From Vermamoeba vermiformis (Eukaryota): a stretch of DNA of 64,000 nucleotides. The first letter of the stretch is position 1. Every line of letters begins with the position of its first letter. The notes below the pieces were generated by a model. It had not been told where the DNA came from. It made no database searches and saw only the letters and a list, made by a program, of their open reading frames with translations. Of the stretch, positions 26,129 through 39,506 are shown piece after piece. The position numbers and the translations under genes were made by a program. The stretch lies in NCBI GenBank assembly GCA_045837725.1, contig JBEWZL010000269.1:1-64000 (forward strand), read 5' to 3'.

Positions 26129-28408
26129 ATGGCGCGATTAGCTTTAGTGCTTTTTACTTGTTTGTGCTTGCTGCACTTCAGCACATCCGCACCATTCACG
26201 AAGAATAGCTTTGTTGTGTCCTCGAGGGACTCCCTAGCGCAATATTACCTACAAGAGTACAGTATAAACGGCACAAAATTGCAACAAATCTATTTGCCAA
26301 CCCCGGGGTAAGCTATAAATTAACGGCCAAATCCAATTTTCAATCTTGACAACAAAAAAAATTCGACCGATTATGAAGCGCAACGAATCGGAGGAATATT
26401 AAATATTTTATAGACGCTGATTCTAATTATTTTAACTGTCTAACCGACAATTTCGTTCGATCTTGCATCCAAATCTAATCATTTTGCAACTAACCTCTAT
26501 CCCATCTAGAGCTTGCACAACTTGCCGGTTTGGTTTGGATGCAACGGGTCTCTTACTTGCCATTAACATGTATAGTTCTGATGCTACCCAATATCACACC
26601 CTCGTGCACTTGTACAACTCGCAAGGGGATCTCGTCGAGACTACGGACATTCCAACAGGCTCCGAGTTCGTTGGTGATGCCACAGTAGGCAATCAAGAAA
26701 TTTGGTTGACTTATCGATCGGGCATTATGTACACAAAGCGAGGTACAGCGGCAGTGGTCAACTCTAACATTGCTTCGCCCACAGTTTATAATGCCGCTCA
26801 ACTTCAATTGATTGGCAGCAAATTATACGCCCAAATTGGTCAGCTTTATGCCATGGATCCTGTGGCTACGACTGGCACCGGCACATTTGTTTCTTTGAAT
26901 TCTGTTTCACCACTCTCTGCCACTTGCTATTATATTTATGGAAATGCAATCTACAGATATGATTCAGGCTATTTGTTCAAGCACACTTTTGATGCCCAAG
27001 GAGCTGTTTCTGGCATGTCAGATTACTATCTTCAAATACAAACAAACAATGCTGCACCAACTAGTTTGTATGCAATGGCAAGTGAAGGAGTCACTTATGT
27101 GTTAATGGTCCTGATCAATGGCTTTGCAAAAGAATATACTTTAGTGCGCTTCACAGATACTGGAACTCAATTAACCAATCAAGTCACTTTGGATTCAAGC
27201 ACCACTTATTTTATGCAAGGTGTTGGAAGCTCTCCTAAAATTACTTGCTCAGATGGCTTTAAAAACCAAGATGAGTCTGACATTGACTGTGGTGGTGCTA
27301 CTTGTGGCAGTTGCAGCTTGGGCAAAGCTTGTGCAGTTAACAGTGACTGCTCAACAGACTACTGCAATTCAACCAAGATTTGTGGTATGTAGTTAGAAGT
27401 ATCATGCCAGTGATTGCTAACTTGTTTTGTCATAGACACTCCTACATGCAGTGATGTCGTCAAGAACCAAAATGAGACTGATCTTGACTGTGGTGGACCT
27501 AATTGCAGTCCATGTGCAAATGGAAAATCATGTGACCTTCATACAGATTGCTCCAGTGGTTATTGTAGTTCATCTAATACCTGTGGTAAGTTACATCAAG
27601 TTACTGTATCTTATTGCTAATTGTTCTGGCACAGCTGATCCAACTTGTAATGACAGTGCCAAGAACCAAGATGAAACTGACGTTGACTGTGGAGGGCCAA
27701 CTTGCCTTCCTTGTGAAATTGGAAAAGCTTGCCTATTGCCTAGAGATTGTTTGGGTGGCTATTGCAATTCAACTCAGATCTGTGGTAAGTCAAAAAGCTG
27801 CAAATATGTTACAGAGGCTGATCAGTATTTCAGATGCCCCTACTTGTGATGATGGTGTAAAGGACCAAGATGAAACTGATGTTGACTGTGGTGGTGTGAC
27901 ATGCCCTGGCTGCGCCATTGACCAGGTTTGTGTACTTGATGGAGACTGTATCAGCAAGAGATGTGATGCTGGTTACTGTGGTAAGTCCAACATTGTAATA
28001 CCTGCAAACACATACTAAGTTGACATATAAAGTGGTATCATGCTTTGATGGCTTCATGAACCAAGATGAGACTGACATTGACTGTGGAGGTTTTGCATGT
28101 GTAGAATGTGAAATTGGCAAGGCATGCTCTCTGGACTCTGATTGTAGCAGCAATGCCTGTTCTAACAATACTTGTGGTAAGCAGAATTCTACTCAAACAC
28201 CCAATTTGGCTCACACAAAACACGTTTAGTCAATCCTCCATCAGCAGGCCCAGAGTCAAGTCCTGTAGCAGATCAGCCCTCCAACACTCCGAGCTCAAAT
28301 ACACCAGTTGGCTCAAGAACCCCAAGAGGAACGTTGTTGTCTTCTGCCGCTTTCTTAGTGATGTCTGCGACAGTAGTTTGTTGTGGCTTTGTTGTGTTAC
28401 TTATGTAG
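26129..28408 (+). CDS. Paralogous surface protein with 5 Cys-rich NQDETD.DCGG repeats
   Basis: Same architecture and first-intron position as 21548-24401 (YYLQEYSINGTKLQQI vs [16 protein letters not shown]); hydrophobic tail. Confidence 0.85.
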
Positions 28409-29033
28409 TCAATTACATTTTTCTTACGCACTTTTAATTAGCAATAAAGAGAATTAAAACGATGCGCCTCGAACAGATCGCCGAATGATTTGCCACCCCA
28501 GCCTGCAGCAATCTGTAGCTGACGTTAGTATGGTTTAGTACTACTGATGAATTACGATACGGTCACTGTCTTGTTATAATAACAATTATAAATTTAGTGT
28601 TGTGCAGGGACTTGATCGGATCGAGAAAAAAAGCGGCGATGTCGATCGAACAAAGCACAAAAATAGGGAATTAACAAAATGGAACTCGTTGATAAAACAA
28701 AATCGTGTTCCTAAGCCATTTCAATTGGTTAGAGCCGGAAAATTATGCCGCGTGATTTGTCTTCCGATTATTTTCGAATAAACGCATCCATACCTCTTCC
28801 AAAATAGGAAATTAATGAACGCTGCCTTAGTAGGCGTCGACTGTCTCACCTGATTCTTCACCTCTAATTTTTGCTTGATTGATTTCTCAAATTAACTATT
28901 GGCTGTCTATTTATAAAATGGACCAATAGGAATCTAATTTACCGACAGCCTACAAAATAGTCGATTATTCGGTAATAAATTTATTATTAAGCTAAATATT
29001 TACATTGTGTTGGTTTTAGTTCCGTTCGATCCG

Positions 29034-29414
29034 TCAATTCCTCATCATTAAGAATATCGAAGCAAAAATGACGGAGGAAAAGAAAACCGAAGTGATATAC
29101 CATGAAATAAACCATTTTATAGGTAATAATCCTTCATCCGCCGAGCAGAGCGTTAATGGTTTTATTCCTAGACAAAGGATCCGATCAGCTGAATCGATTT
29201 TGATTCCACCTTTGTATCGTTCTACGAAGCTGCTATACAATTTAATAGGCGACAATAATATATCGTTTTCTGATATGTAGCCAGGCCTCCTCCGGTACAT
29301 CATTTTGATTGTAAAGTAGATTGAAATGCCGACGATGTAGGCGCAGTAAAGTGTCGGCAGGACGATATATGCTACAACTAGATCGGCCATAATCTTGTGG
29401 CTGTGGTCGTTCAT
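29034..29414 (-). CDS. Small putative membrane protein (2 hydrophobic segments)
   Basis: 126-aa ATG ORF with N- and C-terminal hydrophobic stretches; no recognised domain. Confidence 0.45.
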   Translation of the reverse strand: MNDHSHKIMADLVVAYIVLPTLYCAYIVGISIYFTIKMMYRRRPGYISENDILLSPIKLYSSFVERYKGGIKIDSADRILCLGIKPLTLCSADEGLLPIKWFISWYITSVFFSSVIFASIFLMMRN

Positions 29415-29740
29415 CCTTTGTGGTTGGATCTAATTCGATTATTTTTTAAAAAGAGAAGCTTAATTTGGAAACAGCCGAAAAATATTTGGCAATTAGCAAA
29501 TTTCCGTACCAAAAGGTTGATTTGTTATGTAACTGTTGTCCTTCAATAGAATAGATCACGATAATAGTTTGATCGTTATCAGGCTAGTTAGGCTGAGCGG
29601 ATCTGCTAGAAATTCCGATGCAAGAATTTACTTCTTTGTGTGCAAGACCTAATTTAATAGGTGAATTATATTACAAGGATTTTATTTTACATCAACAATG
29701 CTACAATTTTGAGCCAAGGAGAGCTCGATCCGAGTGAATT

Positions 29741-31234
29741 TTAATTCCGATCGGATGCTTGTAAAGAGACACTACCACCAGATGTCCTCGACAAAATTAA
29801 GAAAGATTGACCATTGTAGGTCTTATGGGGTATTACTGGCGATACGTCAGCGCTTCCTGCCCCAGAATTTCTCAAGATCGGCGAAGAAATGACTCGATGG
29901 ATGTGCTTACTTTCAGAGCTCTTCTTTTCGGCTTTCTTTTTGGACTTTGACTTATCAGACTTACTCGTGATATAGTTTCCTGATACGCTGAGGTCAACAT
30001 CGCTTAATTGAACGGTCCAGCGCTTATTCTCGGAAACATTTTGAGATGAGGTCTCGTACGAGTAACATCTGCGTTTTTCTGAGCGGATTTTGGTGACCTT
30101 CTCGATATTCTCCGATGAAGATCGTGTTCTATTGTGTAGTTCTATCAATTGCATAGATTTCGGCCGCAAAGCTATATAAATTTAGCAGTTTTAGTAACAG
30201 ATTTGAATTTCGCAGGTAAACGACTGAATTGCAATAATATAAGCTGACGTACCTTTTAATTTCTCGAGCTTAGGCAATGCAGATGCAGCTCTTCGTGGTC
30301 CTCTACGCTCTCGCTTTTTGCCTTCTTCGGATTCGTCGTGAGATCCAGACAACAAATCATCGCCTGACAGCTGTGGAAAAGGTACTCGTTGCGCCTTACG
30401 GGAATGTTTCGGTGACTTGACGATAGAATACTGAGTATTAATTTCTGAGTCGTATATCTTGTTGCTAGGCAAATCTTTTAAAGATTTGGATCGAGGCTTC
30501 GATGACGGACTGCTAGTGGTCGAATCTGCTCGTTCTCCGTCACCATTCACGCTGCTTCGATATGTAATGATCTTGCAAAATGTCTTTGGCGAAGAACGAG
30601 GCAAAACAGACAAAGTACGCGGAGATTTTGCTGCAGATCGAGGGGTGGTAGTTTGCGCGGGCTTTGAGACATTTGAATTGTGCACAAAACTTGATGGCAG
30701 TGACCTCCTCTTATCTACACTCTCTAGCCTATGCGTTTTTGCTTCGCGCGCACTTTTAGTCTTCTGATTTGAAAAATCAAAGGACGACATCTGATCAAAA
30801 ATATTTGATTAATTAAAATGAACTTTCAGACAGGTTGTTTCACGAATCTTTATCGGATAAATAGTACTTACATCCATTGTTCGCTGCGGACCATCATTTG
30901 AAGCTCTGGACGATGATATTTCTGGAGTCCTTTTTGCGCGTCTTCGATCAGCCTTTGGATCTGGCGCACGAACGCGAGAACTGGTTGAAATATTGGATCT
31001 ATCGTCTTCAGATGATGGCTCCTCCTTACTAAACACTTCTTTACAGCTAAACATTTCGTCGTCATCGATTTCTTTGTTCCATCTTGCAATGGAAGACTGG
31101 CTATCCACTTCGCTGTCTTGTTCTGAATCAATATCCAGTATAGAATTGTTCTTTAGTAAGTTGAGTGCACGAGCCCATTGGTCTAAACTGCTAATGCTCA
31201 CGGATGATTTCAATTTCCCTTTCGATCCGCTCAT
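29741..31234 (-). CDS. Ser/Lys/Arg-rich low-complexity protein, ~3 exons
   Basis: Three successive long minus-strand ORFs separated by short AT-rich intron-like gaps. Confidence 0.6.
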
Positions 31235-31760
31235 CTTGCTTATTGAATCCGCGAAACCGTCTGCAATGGGTTAACGTACACTGCGCCACGAGAAAATGAT
31301 ATTTTTGCTCGAGTGTTGCTGCCAGGACGTCGTGTTAGTGAAATTAGGCATGAATTAACGAAAAAGGAGTTGATTAGTAATGACGGCTGTGCATCCGGAT
31401 GAAATTCCAATTAAATGCACCATTTATGTTCAATAGTACGCACACTCTCGTGCCTTAAATATAAAAATTAATCTGCGTACTGTCTACCACAGATGAGCCT
31501 AATTTAATATAATTTTCGGCAGTTAAATCTGGATGTGCTTTGTGTGCGTCGCGTTGCACGTTCGTCGAGCCTGAGCACCTTCATCATATAATGTACTCAT
31601 TCGTGCACGACTCCGTTGTATAGGTATAATTATATTCTATTGTGGTCGTATCAAATCAATTGATATTTTTGTAACGGTCTAGGGCAAAATCTTTTTTTTT
31701 TTGCTGCTAATTAAATTATTATTGTTTGCCCTTTAATATATTACCACACGTTATAATAAG

Positions 31761-34440
31761 ATGGAAAAAACTGAATCTGAAACAATTGGAGCACAAACTG
31801 AGCTCGGAAAATTGTTGCTTGGTGTATCTCAAGACTCAGCCGTCACGATCGAAAAACAAGCTGCAGGTAATCATTATAATATACTTGAATCATATCATAT
31901 TCAACATACAGCCTTTGAAGAGTAAATATTGAGTAATTTTTGTGCCAGATTGCCGTATTGAAGCAGTAACGGTTTACAACGATCGCGCTGAAGTGAAAAG
32001 AAAAGTTCAATTCAACGTGCAAAATTCAGGTAAATATTAATGGAGCTATAATCATTGATCAGAGCAGCACAGTAATTGAAAATCTAAGCCTTAATGCAAA
32101 TCTACTCAAACTCGTAGTATTATCGATTAATAATGTTTTAAAAATATTATAGGCGTTGTAGATATCGTTGTTAATGGCTTGAACCAGTTAGGTAAGTTGA
32201 ACATTTTGTTAAATGAAAATTCAATTTGGTCTTCTAGCCTTACCTCGATCCAATCTTGTGAGTAACTAAATTTAGCTCAAATATTAATCATAATTATTTA
32301 GTTGAGGCCAACAGCGTTAGAGTGAGCGGCGCTACTCGTCAATTGACGATCTTAGAGGTAAGTTTGTACCAACCATTTTAACCTTTGAATAACGCTAAGC
32401 TCGCTATTAATTCTAGGTATCTCAATATACTATGTTCGAGCTTAAGCAAAAGAACGAAAAAGAATTGGAATCTGCGTTAACCGACAAGCGCAAGAAATTG
32501 AAGGATCTCGATCGAGCTTTACGCGATGTAGATATGGACTCAAATGTCTTATCAGTAAGTACTACGTGTATTTAAACAATATTGCAATTAGAAAATAATA
32601 ATCCACCGTTAAATTACGTCGTTCATGCTTCGCGTACCAGATGTACTTGTAGCCGAACTAATCGATTTCGTTACATTAGAAACAACGTGCCGTCCTTGAA
32701 ATGTACTCCAATGAGTCTATGAAATCGAAGGGCAAGCTGAACCTCGATGAAGTCTCTCAAATGATGACTTTCATCCGAAACGAATCTGCTCGTTTGGACA
32801 AGGCTGTAGTTGACTTGGAGCAAAAGAAAAAAGGTACTATTTAATGCTAAGCGTTATTTACGTTGTATTAATATGTAGCCCTAACCCTTAGATCTCCAAA
32901 AGGAGTATGATACCTTGAAGAAGGAGATCGAGTACCGACAGATCCAAGATGATACTGGCGGTCAACAAGCCACTAGAATTTCAGTGCACGTGCCTTCTGG
33001 CGGTGACGTAAGTATAAAGCCGTATTATTTGTATTATACGGATGCTTACTAATCGAAAATTCAGTACACGTTCTCGTTCACTTACGTGATCACTAATGCC
33101 TCGTGGACGGCGAGTTATGATGTACGAGTGCAAACCAAGGCATTGACTTGCCAACTAGTCTACTACGGATCAGTCCGTAACAGCACTGGCGAGGACTGGA
33201 AAGACGTCAAGTTGTTTTTATCGACCGCTTCGCCGAGCACTCGTGCCGCCCCTCCTCCATTGCGAACATTGCGCGTTAGATTCCCAGTGCCCGTTTATCA
33301 AGCTTACGGCTCAGTTTGTAAGAATAACAGTGACAAATCATTATTTCTAAGGCTAGATCTAACCTTTATTTTTCAAACAGATAAAAATAGTCTCTCCGAA
33401 CAGTCGATGGTTTTGAAAGCTGCTGATATGCCCAGATCACCTCATGCTGAACGTTCCAGACCTCCACCTTCAGCAGCACCCATGAGCGTATTGTCTGCTA
33501 AGGCTGGTACGTAACAACACGCAAGTTTTAAAAAAAAAGTCATGCTAATGAAATCACAGAGTCGAGCAACACCAGTCAGACTTATGCAATCTTGCGCTCG
33601 TGCACTATCGAGAGCGACAACAAGCCTCACAAAGTGACCATTTCGGTGATTGACCTCGCCGCTACCTTCCTTTACACGACCATTCCAAAGCTTGCCCCAT
33701 CAGTAAGGCCTTATTATATTGGTATTAAGGGTAGTACTAACGACCGTGATAAACTCTAGGCCTATCTTAAGGCTCATACTACCAACAACAGTACTTTCCA
33801 ATTGCTCAAAGGTCCGATGAATGTGTTCAGCGACAACTTTTTCATTGCCTCTTCGGAACTTCCCGTACGTTATAATTATCCATCAAAAGCATCGTACAGT
33901 TGTGCTAATATAATGTTTTGGCTAGGCCACGAGTCCTGGAGGAGAATTCGATGTTTTCCTTGGCGTGGATCCGGGTGTTAAAGTGGAGTTTAAGCCGGTC
34001 AAGGTGAAAGAAGGCAAGGCTGGTCTTATCAAAAAGAGCAAAACTGAGAACACAGCACATAAGATCACTATATCCAATAACAAGCCTAACAATGTAAGTC
34101 TAAATTTATGCTCGTAACTTGGTCGCTAACGTCGATTTTTCAGATCGAGATCTGCGTGTTCGAGCAGGTCCCTTTGTCCGAGGACGATAAGGTCAAAGTC
34201 AAGATTATTAAGCCTGAGCTAAAGGTGCGTAGTATAGCATATTAATGGCGTTCATGTTGATTAATAGTTTAATAGGACAATTCTGACGCGGTCGTACTTA
34301 ACGAGTTCAACAACTTGAAGTGGCACTTCAAAATGGATTCGTTCTCCAAAACTAAGATTGAGTTAGAATATCAAATCGATTACCCTGCGGAACGTTATAT
34401 CAACATTCACGAGGGATCTAAGGAGGACACTTTGGAATAA
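31761..34440 (+). CDS. DUF4140/DUF4139 (MuiA-like) protein, many exons
   Basis: IEAVTVYNDRAEVKR, NSVRVSG, coiled coil, NASWTASYDVR, VRNSTGEDWKDVKLFLSTASP, AYLKAHTTN, LGVDPGVKV, EQVPLSEDDKVKV. Confidence 0.9.
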
Positions 34441-34611
34441 GATCGGATCTTATCGGCACCGACATCTGATCTTCGAGATCTGCCTTAACAGCGCTTTCTA
34501 ACCGACTAAGCAATTATTTATTAATAAAGTAGTGCCGCTGGTACTATAATATCATCGGGTCAAGCAAGGAAACAAGGTGAGTTTACTCAGTTCGATTTGA
34601 ATTTTACAGCG

Positions 34612-35288
34612 ATGACCACAAGAGCAATAACTTTAGTATTTCAACGGCGGTTAATGTCAAGTACGTTAATTTTATGCTTAATCAAGGCTGAGTTCATAAG
34701 GCTAATACTTCTTTTGCTGGTGCCAGCTGTCGTGCAGAAAAAAGAACCTTTCGATATTAATAAATTTGGAAAAAACAGTCCTCCAGTAATAATATTCGAC
34801 GGAGTATGCAAATGGTGCAATGCGAATGTTAATTTTGTGATCGCTAAGGATACAAAGAAGATCTTCAAATTCGCTCAATGGCAATCACGACCTGTAAGCT
34901 TGCTAACCTATAATTATCATACCATATTCTTATTTAGTAATTTGTAGGGTCAAGAACTGCTGAAAAAGTTCGATATAGAGACAGATCTGAATAAAACAGC
35001 CACAATGATATTAATTGAAGATGGTGTCGCGTATTCACACTCAACAGCTGCACTGAAAATTGGACAAAAATTAGGAACACCTTATTCGTGGCTTGCAACC
35101 GCTGCACTGTTCGTTCCAAGGCCCATCCGCGATTTTGGGTACTCTTTAATCGCTCGTAACCGTTATAGGTTCGTAATTCATTATATTTCCGTCCCAACAA
35201 TTTATCAATTAATTTTAGGATCATGGGCAAATACAATCAATGTCTAATGCCGAGTAAAGACGTAAAAGACAGATTTTTGGAAGAGTGA
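34612..35288 (+). CDS. DCC1-like thiol-disulfide oxidoreductase (DUF393)
   Basis: IIFDGVCKWCN (DxxCxxC), FKFAQWQS, STAALKI, PRPIRDFGYSLIARNRY. Confidence 0.9.
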
Positions 35289-35451
35289 ACTTACTTGGAT
35301 CCTTCGCTAGTCATAGCTCAGTAATGTGAATATGTACATAAAAGGAATGTAAAATATGCCTTTGGTGCTGATTGGTTGCACGACGTGCCGTTAAAGAAAT
35401 AAATTTTTGGTGGCCGAAGTGTCAACAGAAAAGTTATTTGGATCAGCACAA

Positions 35452-37263
35452 ATGGCCGACTCTAAGACTATAGAACTCACTTCAAATAGTGTATTAGATG
35501 ACGACGAGGATGATTTGACAGTATATGATAAAGAGTCGCAGAAGCCAAGGTAAGTAGTAAATTAATTAATTTTGTGCTTCTAGAATTTTATACCCACTCA
35601 ACTTTTATTTGAAAAGATCAAGTGATATATATTTATTTAAGTGCATATATTAGAGTATTTAAATTAATTTCTTTTATTTTGTACAACAGCGGTTTCGGAG
35701 CACGGATGTTAGAAATTTTATTGGCGTTCCTTCCGTTAGGTTTTATAAGCTTCGGAGGCCCTCAAGCACATATAGTAAGTTCTTTCACGGATACATACTT
35801 AATTTCAACGCTTACTAAGCCGAGAGCTGGATTTCTGTTAAACCGTCAGTTGCTTATTGTCACTTATTTAGGCTTTATTGCATCAAAGTTTTGTAGAAAA
35901 GCGTAATTGGATTACAGATACTGCATTTACTGATTTATTTGGCCTCGCATCTGCGTTGCCTGGTCCGAGCTCATCCCAGATGGTGGCTGCACTCGGATTT
36001 ATCCGTTCAGGAATGATTGGAGGCAGCTTTGCGTTATTTTGCTTTCAAATACCTTCCGCTATTCTTATGGCAGCTGCTGGTCTTTTAATGCGAAATGAAA
36101 CTGTCACGCAATTTTTGATGAATCCGCCTGCTTGGGTAAGTCGACATAAAAATCGATGATTTGCATATATTAACGCTTTATTATGATATGTAGTTTTGCG
36201 GGCCTTAAGAACGGTCTATTTGCAGCGTCAATTGCTTTGATCGCAGTTTCAATTTGGAAATTGGGCACGAAAAACATCGAGACAAAAATGACTAAAGCGT
36301 TGTTTATTACGAGTAAGTAATAATTCTGGAATAATATTCTTGGAATTATTATTAATTATTTATTTAAGCGACGATTTTGTCCTTGCTTATCAAGGCTGCT
36401 TGGACATTGCCGGTCTATTTATTCGTGAGCGGTCTAATTTCATATGGATGGCTTACTTTCTTAGAAAAACGAAACAAAAGACCTCCTAATATGGACGCAC
36501 AAAGCGATAACACTTTAGAAATCATCGAAACACAAGATCCGCAAACGAACAACGATGTCGAACAAATTCAATCTGAAAATATTATCGAAACGTTCAAGAG
36601 CACGAAGAATGCCAAATTAGGCGTGATTAACATTGCAGCATTTTTCGTCATTCTTATTATGGTAATTGTCGTGCGAAGTTTGTTCCCGTCGTGCATCAAC
36701 TGCGTCATTGCAGAAGTATTTTATCGAGTCGGCGCTGTCATTTATGGAGGAGGACAAGTCGTATTGCCAATGTTCATCTCGGAGCTAGTGGATACGGGAT
36801 ATATGACCGAAAGTGCATTTTTGTACGGCTTGACCCTTATCCAAAGTTTGCCAGGTACATCCGGATCTCGCAACTTTTTTCACTTTGCTAATCAATGTAT
36901 CTTATTATAGGTCCGCTATTTAACTTAAGTGCGTTCCTTGGTGCAGTTGTCGGAGGAGTTCCAGGCATGATCATCGCGTGGCTCGGAATTTTCGCACCAG
37001 GCGTCATGCTGATTTTTGGAGTTTATCCGTTCTGGTCTAAACTCTCGCAGCAACAATGGATGAAGAAAGTTTTGGTTGGATTGAATGCAGGAGCACTAGG
37101 ATTGATTTTATCGGCGTTTTTTATTCTCTGGGTCAAGTTCCCTGTCATTTACGCATCCGCAGCTTTGTTGGGCGGTGGTTTGGTCTTATTTTATGATGTG
37201 GCCACACCGATCGCTATTGTAATTAGTGGACTGTTCGGTATAGTCGTTGGAGTGCTATTTTAA
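35452..37263 (+). CDS. chrA: Long-chain chromate ion transporter (CHR family)
   Basis: FISFGGPQAHI, ALPGPSSSQ, IYGGGQVVLP, QSLPGPLFNLSAFLG; two homologous halves. Confidence 0.9.
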
Positions 37264-37455
37264 TGTAATAAATATCTCAATAGACCGGTCTGTGTCAATT
37301 TCCTAAAAAGGAAACTTGGACCAAAATACTTTCAGTCTCGCGACATTCTAGATTATTATTGAAAGTATATTACGAATAACACAAGTCATTATTCTAGAAT
37401 TTTGGGTTATTGTATAGAATCAGATAAAGAATAATAGAAATTGAAATTGGATGAG

Positions 37456-38730
37456 ATGGGAAGCAAGGGAACGAAGATTTTAAACGAAGGAACGGCAGAG
37501 CCAACTGATAAATCCGCGAATACTATTGCCCAAGAATTAAATAGCCAAGTATTAAAGCTGTACGGAAAGTTTCTGAATGACCAAGGAACTGCGGTCGACT
37601 ACAAAGGCTTAGGACAAAGCGAAGAATTTCAAGAATTTAAGCAAAAGACTTTATTATTGCATAGAGTAAGCCTAATAGAATTATTTATGATATTTTAATT
37701 ATTTTTCGGAAATAACTTTTGGTATTAATTTGTTTTTACGACAACAGGTTGATTTAAGTACGCTAGACGAGAACGAGAAGTTAGCGTTTTTTATTAACCT
37801 CTATAATGCCCTGGTAATTCACGCAAACGTCGAGTAAGTTTATTCGGATTCGGAACAAAAGTTGCTCCGTCGATGGTGGGACCCGTCCCATTACCACCAT
37901 ACTACCAATAGGCTCACTTCGTATATGTTACGGTATATTAACGGTATAATTGCAGAATCGGCTTCCCTCAGAGCGCGTTACAACGATCCAGTTTCTTCTC
38001 GGGCGCGGCTTACCAGATCGGACCTCACGTTTATTCATTGAACGATATTGAGCACGGAGTTTTACGAGGTAGGCGATGCGTTATTATTGAGAGTTAATAC
38101 GCAAATTACATTGATTAGGCAAATTATTTTAAAGTATTGCGGATCTCCGCGACATTATTCGATAACCAAAGATTAATTTCTTGTATTGTAGCTAATAGAA
38201 AGCACCCTGGATCGTTTATGAACACATGGAGCCACTCAGATGCACGTACAGCATTCATGGTCGAGAAATTTGATCCGCGAATCCACTTTGCACTCGTCTG
38301 CGGCGCCAAGTCGTGCCCTCCTATTAGGATCTTTAAGAAAGGTATGTATAATGATGTTAATATAGTGTATTGACGTCGTTATCTAATGTGTGACTTCATG
38401 TAGAAAACGTCCAAGACGCGTTACAAAAAGCGGCCTTAAACTTTTGCCAAACAAACGTTACAATTAAGCCTAATAAAAAAGAGGTAAATATTATATATCA
38501 TATAGATGTATTATAGAGTTATTTTAGTCACATTTATTAATCTTCTACCGCAGATCTGGTTATCAAAAATATTTATGTGGTACTCGGGAGATTTTGGCGC
38601 CAATCAAAAAGAACAATTGCAATATATTCGTCAATTCTTGGAAGAAGAGCAGCAAAAGGAGCTTGACGAAGCCATTGAAAAGCATTACCACGTCAAGTAC
38701 GAAGAGTACGATTGGGGCACCAACGAATAA
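37456..38730 (+). CDS. DUF547 protein
   Basis: VDYKGL, EKLAFFINLYNALVIH, SLNDIEHGVLR, DPRIHFALVCGAKSCPP, LSKIFMWYSGDF. Confidence 0.9.
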
Positions 38731-39506
38731 GAGTCGCTGTATATATATGTTATCTGCACGATTATTTCATGTAATAAATAGCGTTATTAAGCTCCGTAGG
38801 TTGCAATGGATATCGGATCGGCCAGTGATCTTTTTGCCAACAAGGATTCAAACCCTCGAGCATTCATTGCGTAAGACAAGGGTATCTAAATTTACTTCTA
38901 TAGCACCTTTTACTACTTTAATTTTTGTTTTACAATGGTACAATATATTTTTCCTAATTTGGAATTGGTATGAGGGATCTCAATCTCCGCCTAATCTTCA
39001 GCATCATTATAGGTCAATAATGATCGAAGAGAGTATATTTTTGCATCAAGTAATCAATCTTTGGATTTTGTTGCGTTGCAACAGCAGTTTATCGTAAAGA
39101 TTCTCTTTTTTCGACCGTTATTTTTCAAAATTAGTTTCGAACGTGCCAAAGCAAAAGGCTTAAAAATACAATATATATGGACCAGTAATACAGAGGAATA
39201 CAATAATCAGGTATTTAACCGCTGGCTTGATCTCGTGCCGAAAGCAAATCTAATTTTCGTCAGTAAAATTTCGGCACGCAAATGAATATTGATTTTAATT
39301 ATTATTAATTATTAGTACATTTTTTCCTATTTATTGTTGAATTAGGTTAATTAACCTTGCCTAATTAATTCAGTGGAAATTACTCCACAACACGCCGCCA
39401 CGCGATTTATTCGAGGATTAATTAAGAAATTATTAATATAAACACGAATACTATTAACAATAATCAAGCTTGATATTTTGATTTAATATTTTGAATTTTT
39501 TTGTAG

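Noticed and set aside
37873-37900. Intronic hairpin ATGGTGGGACCCGTCCCATTACCACCAT resembling the 18394 palindrome
   Set aside because: Too short to support homology or function.
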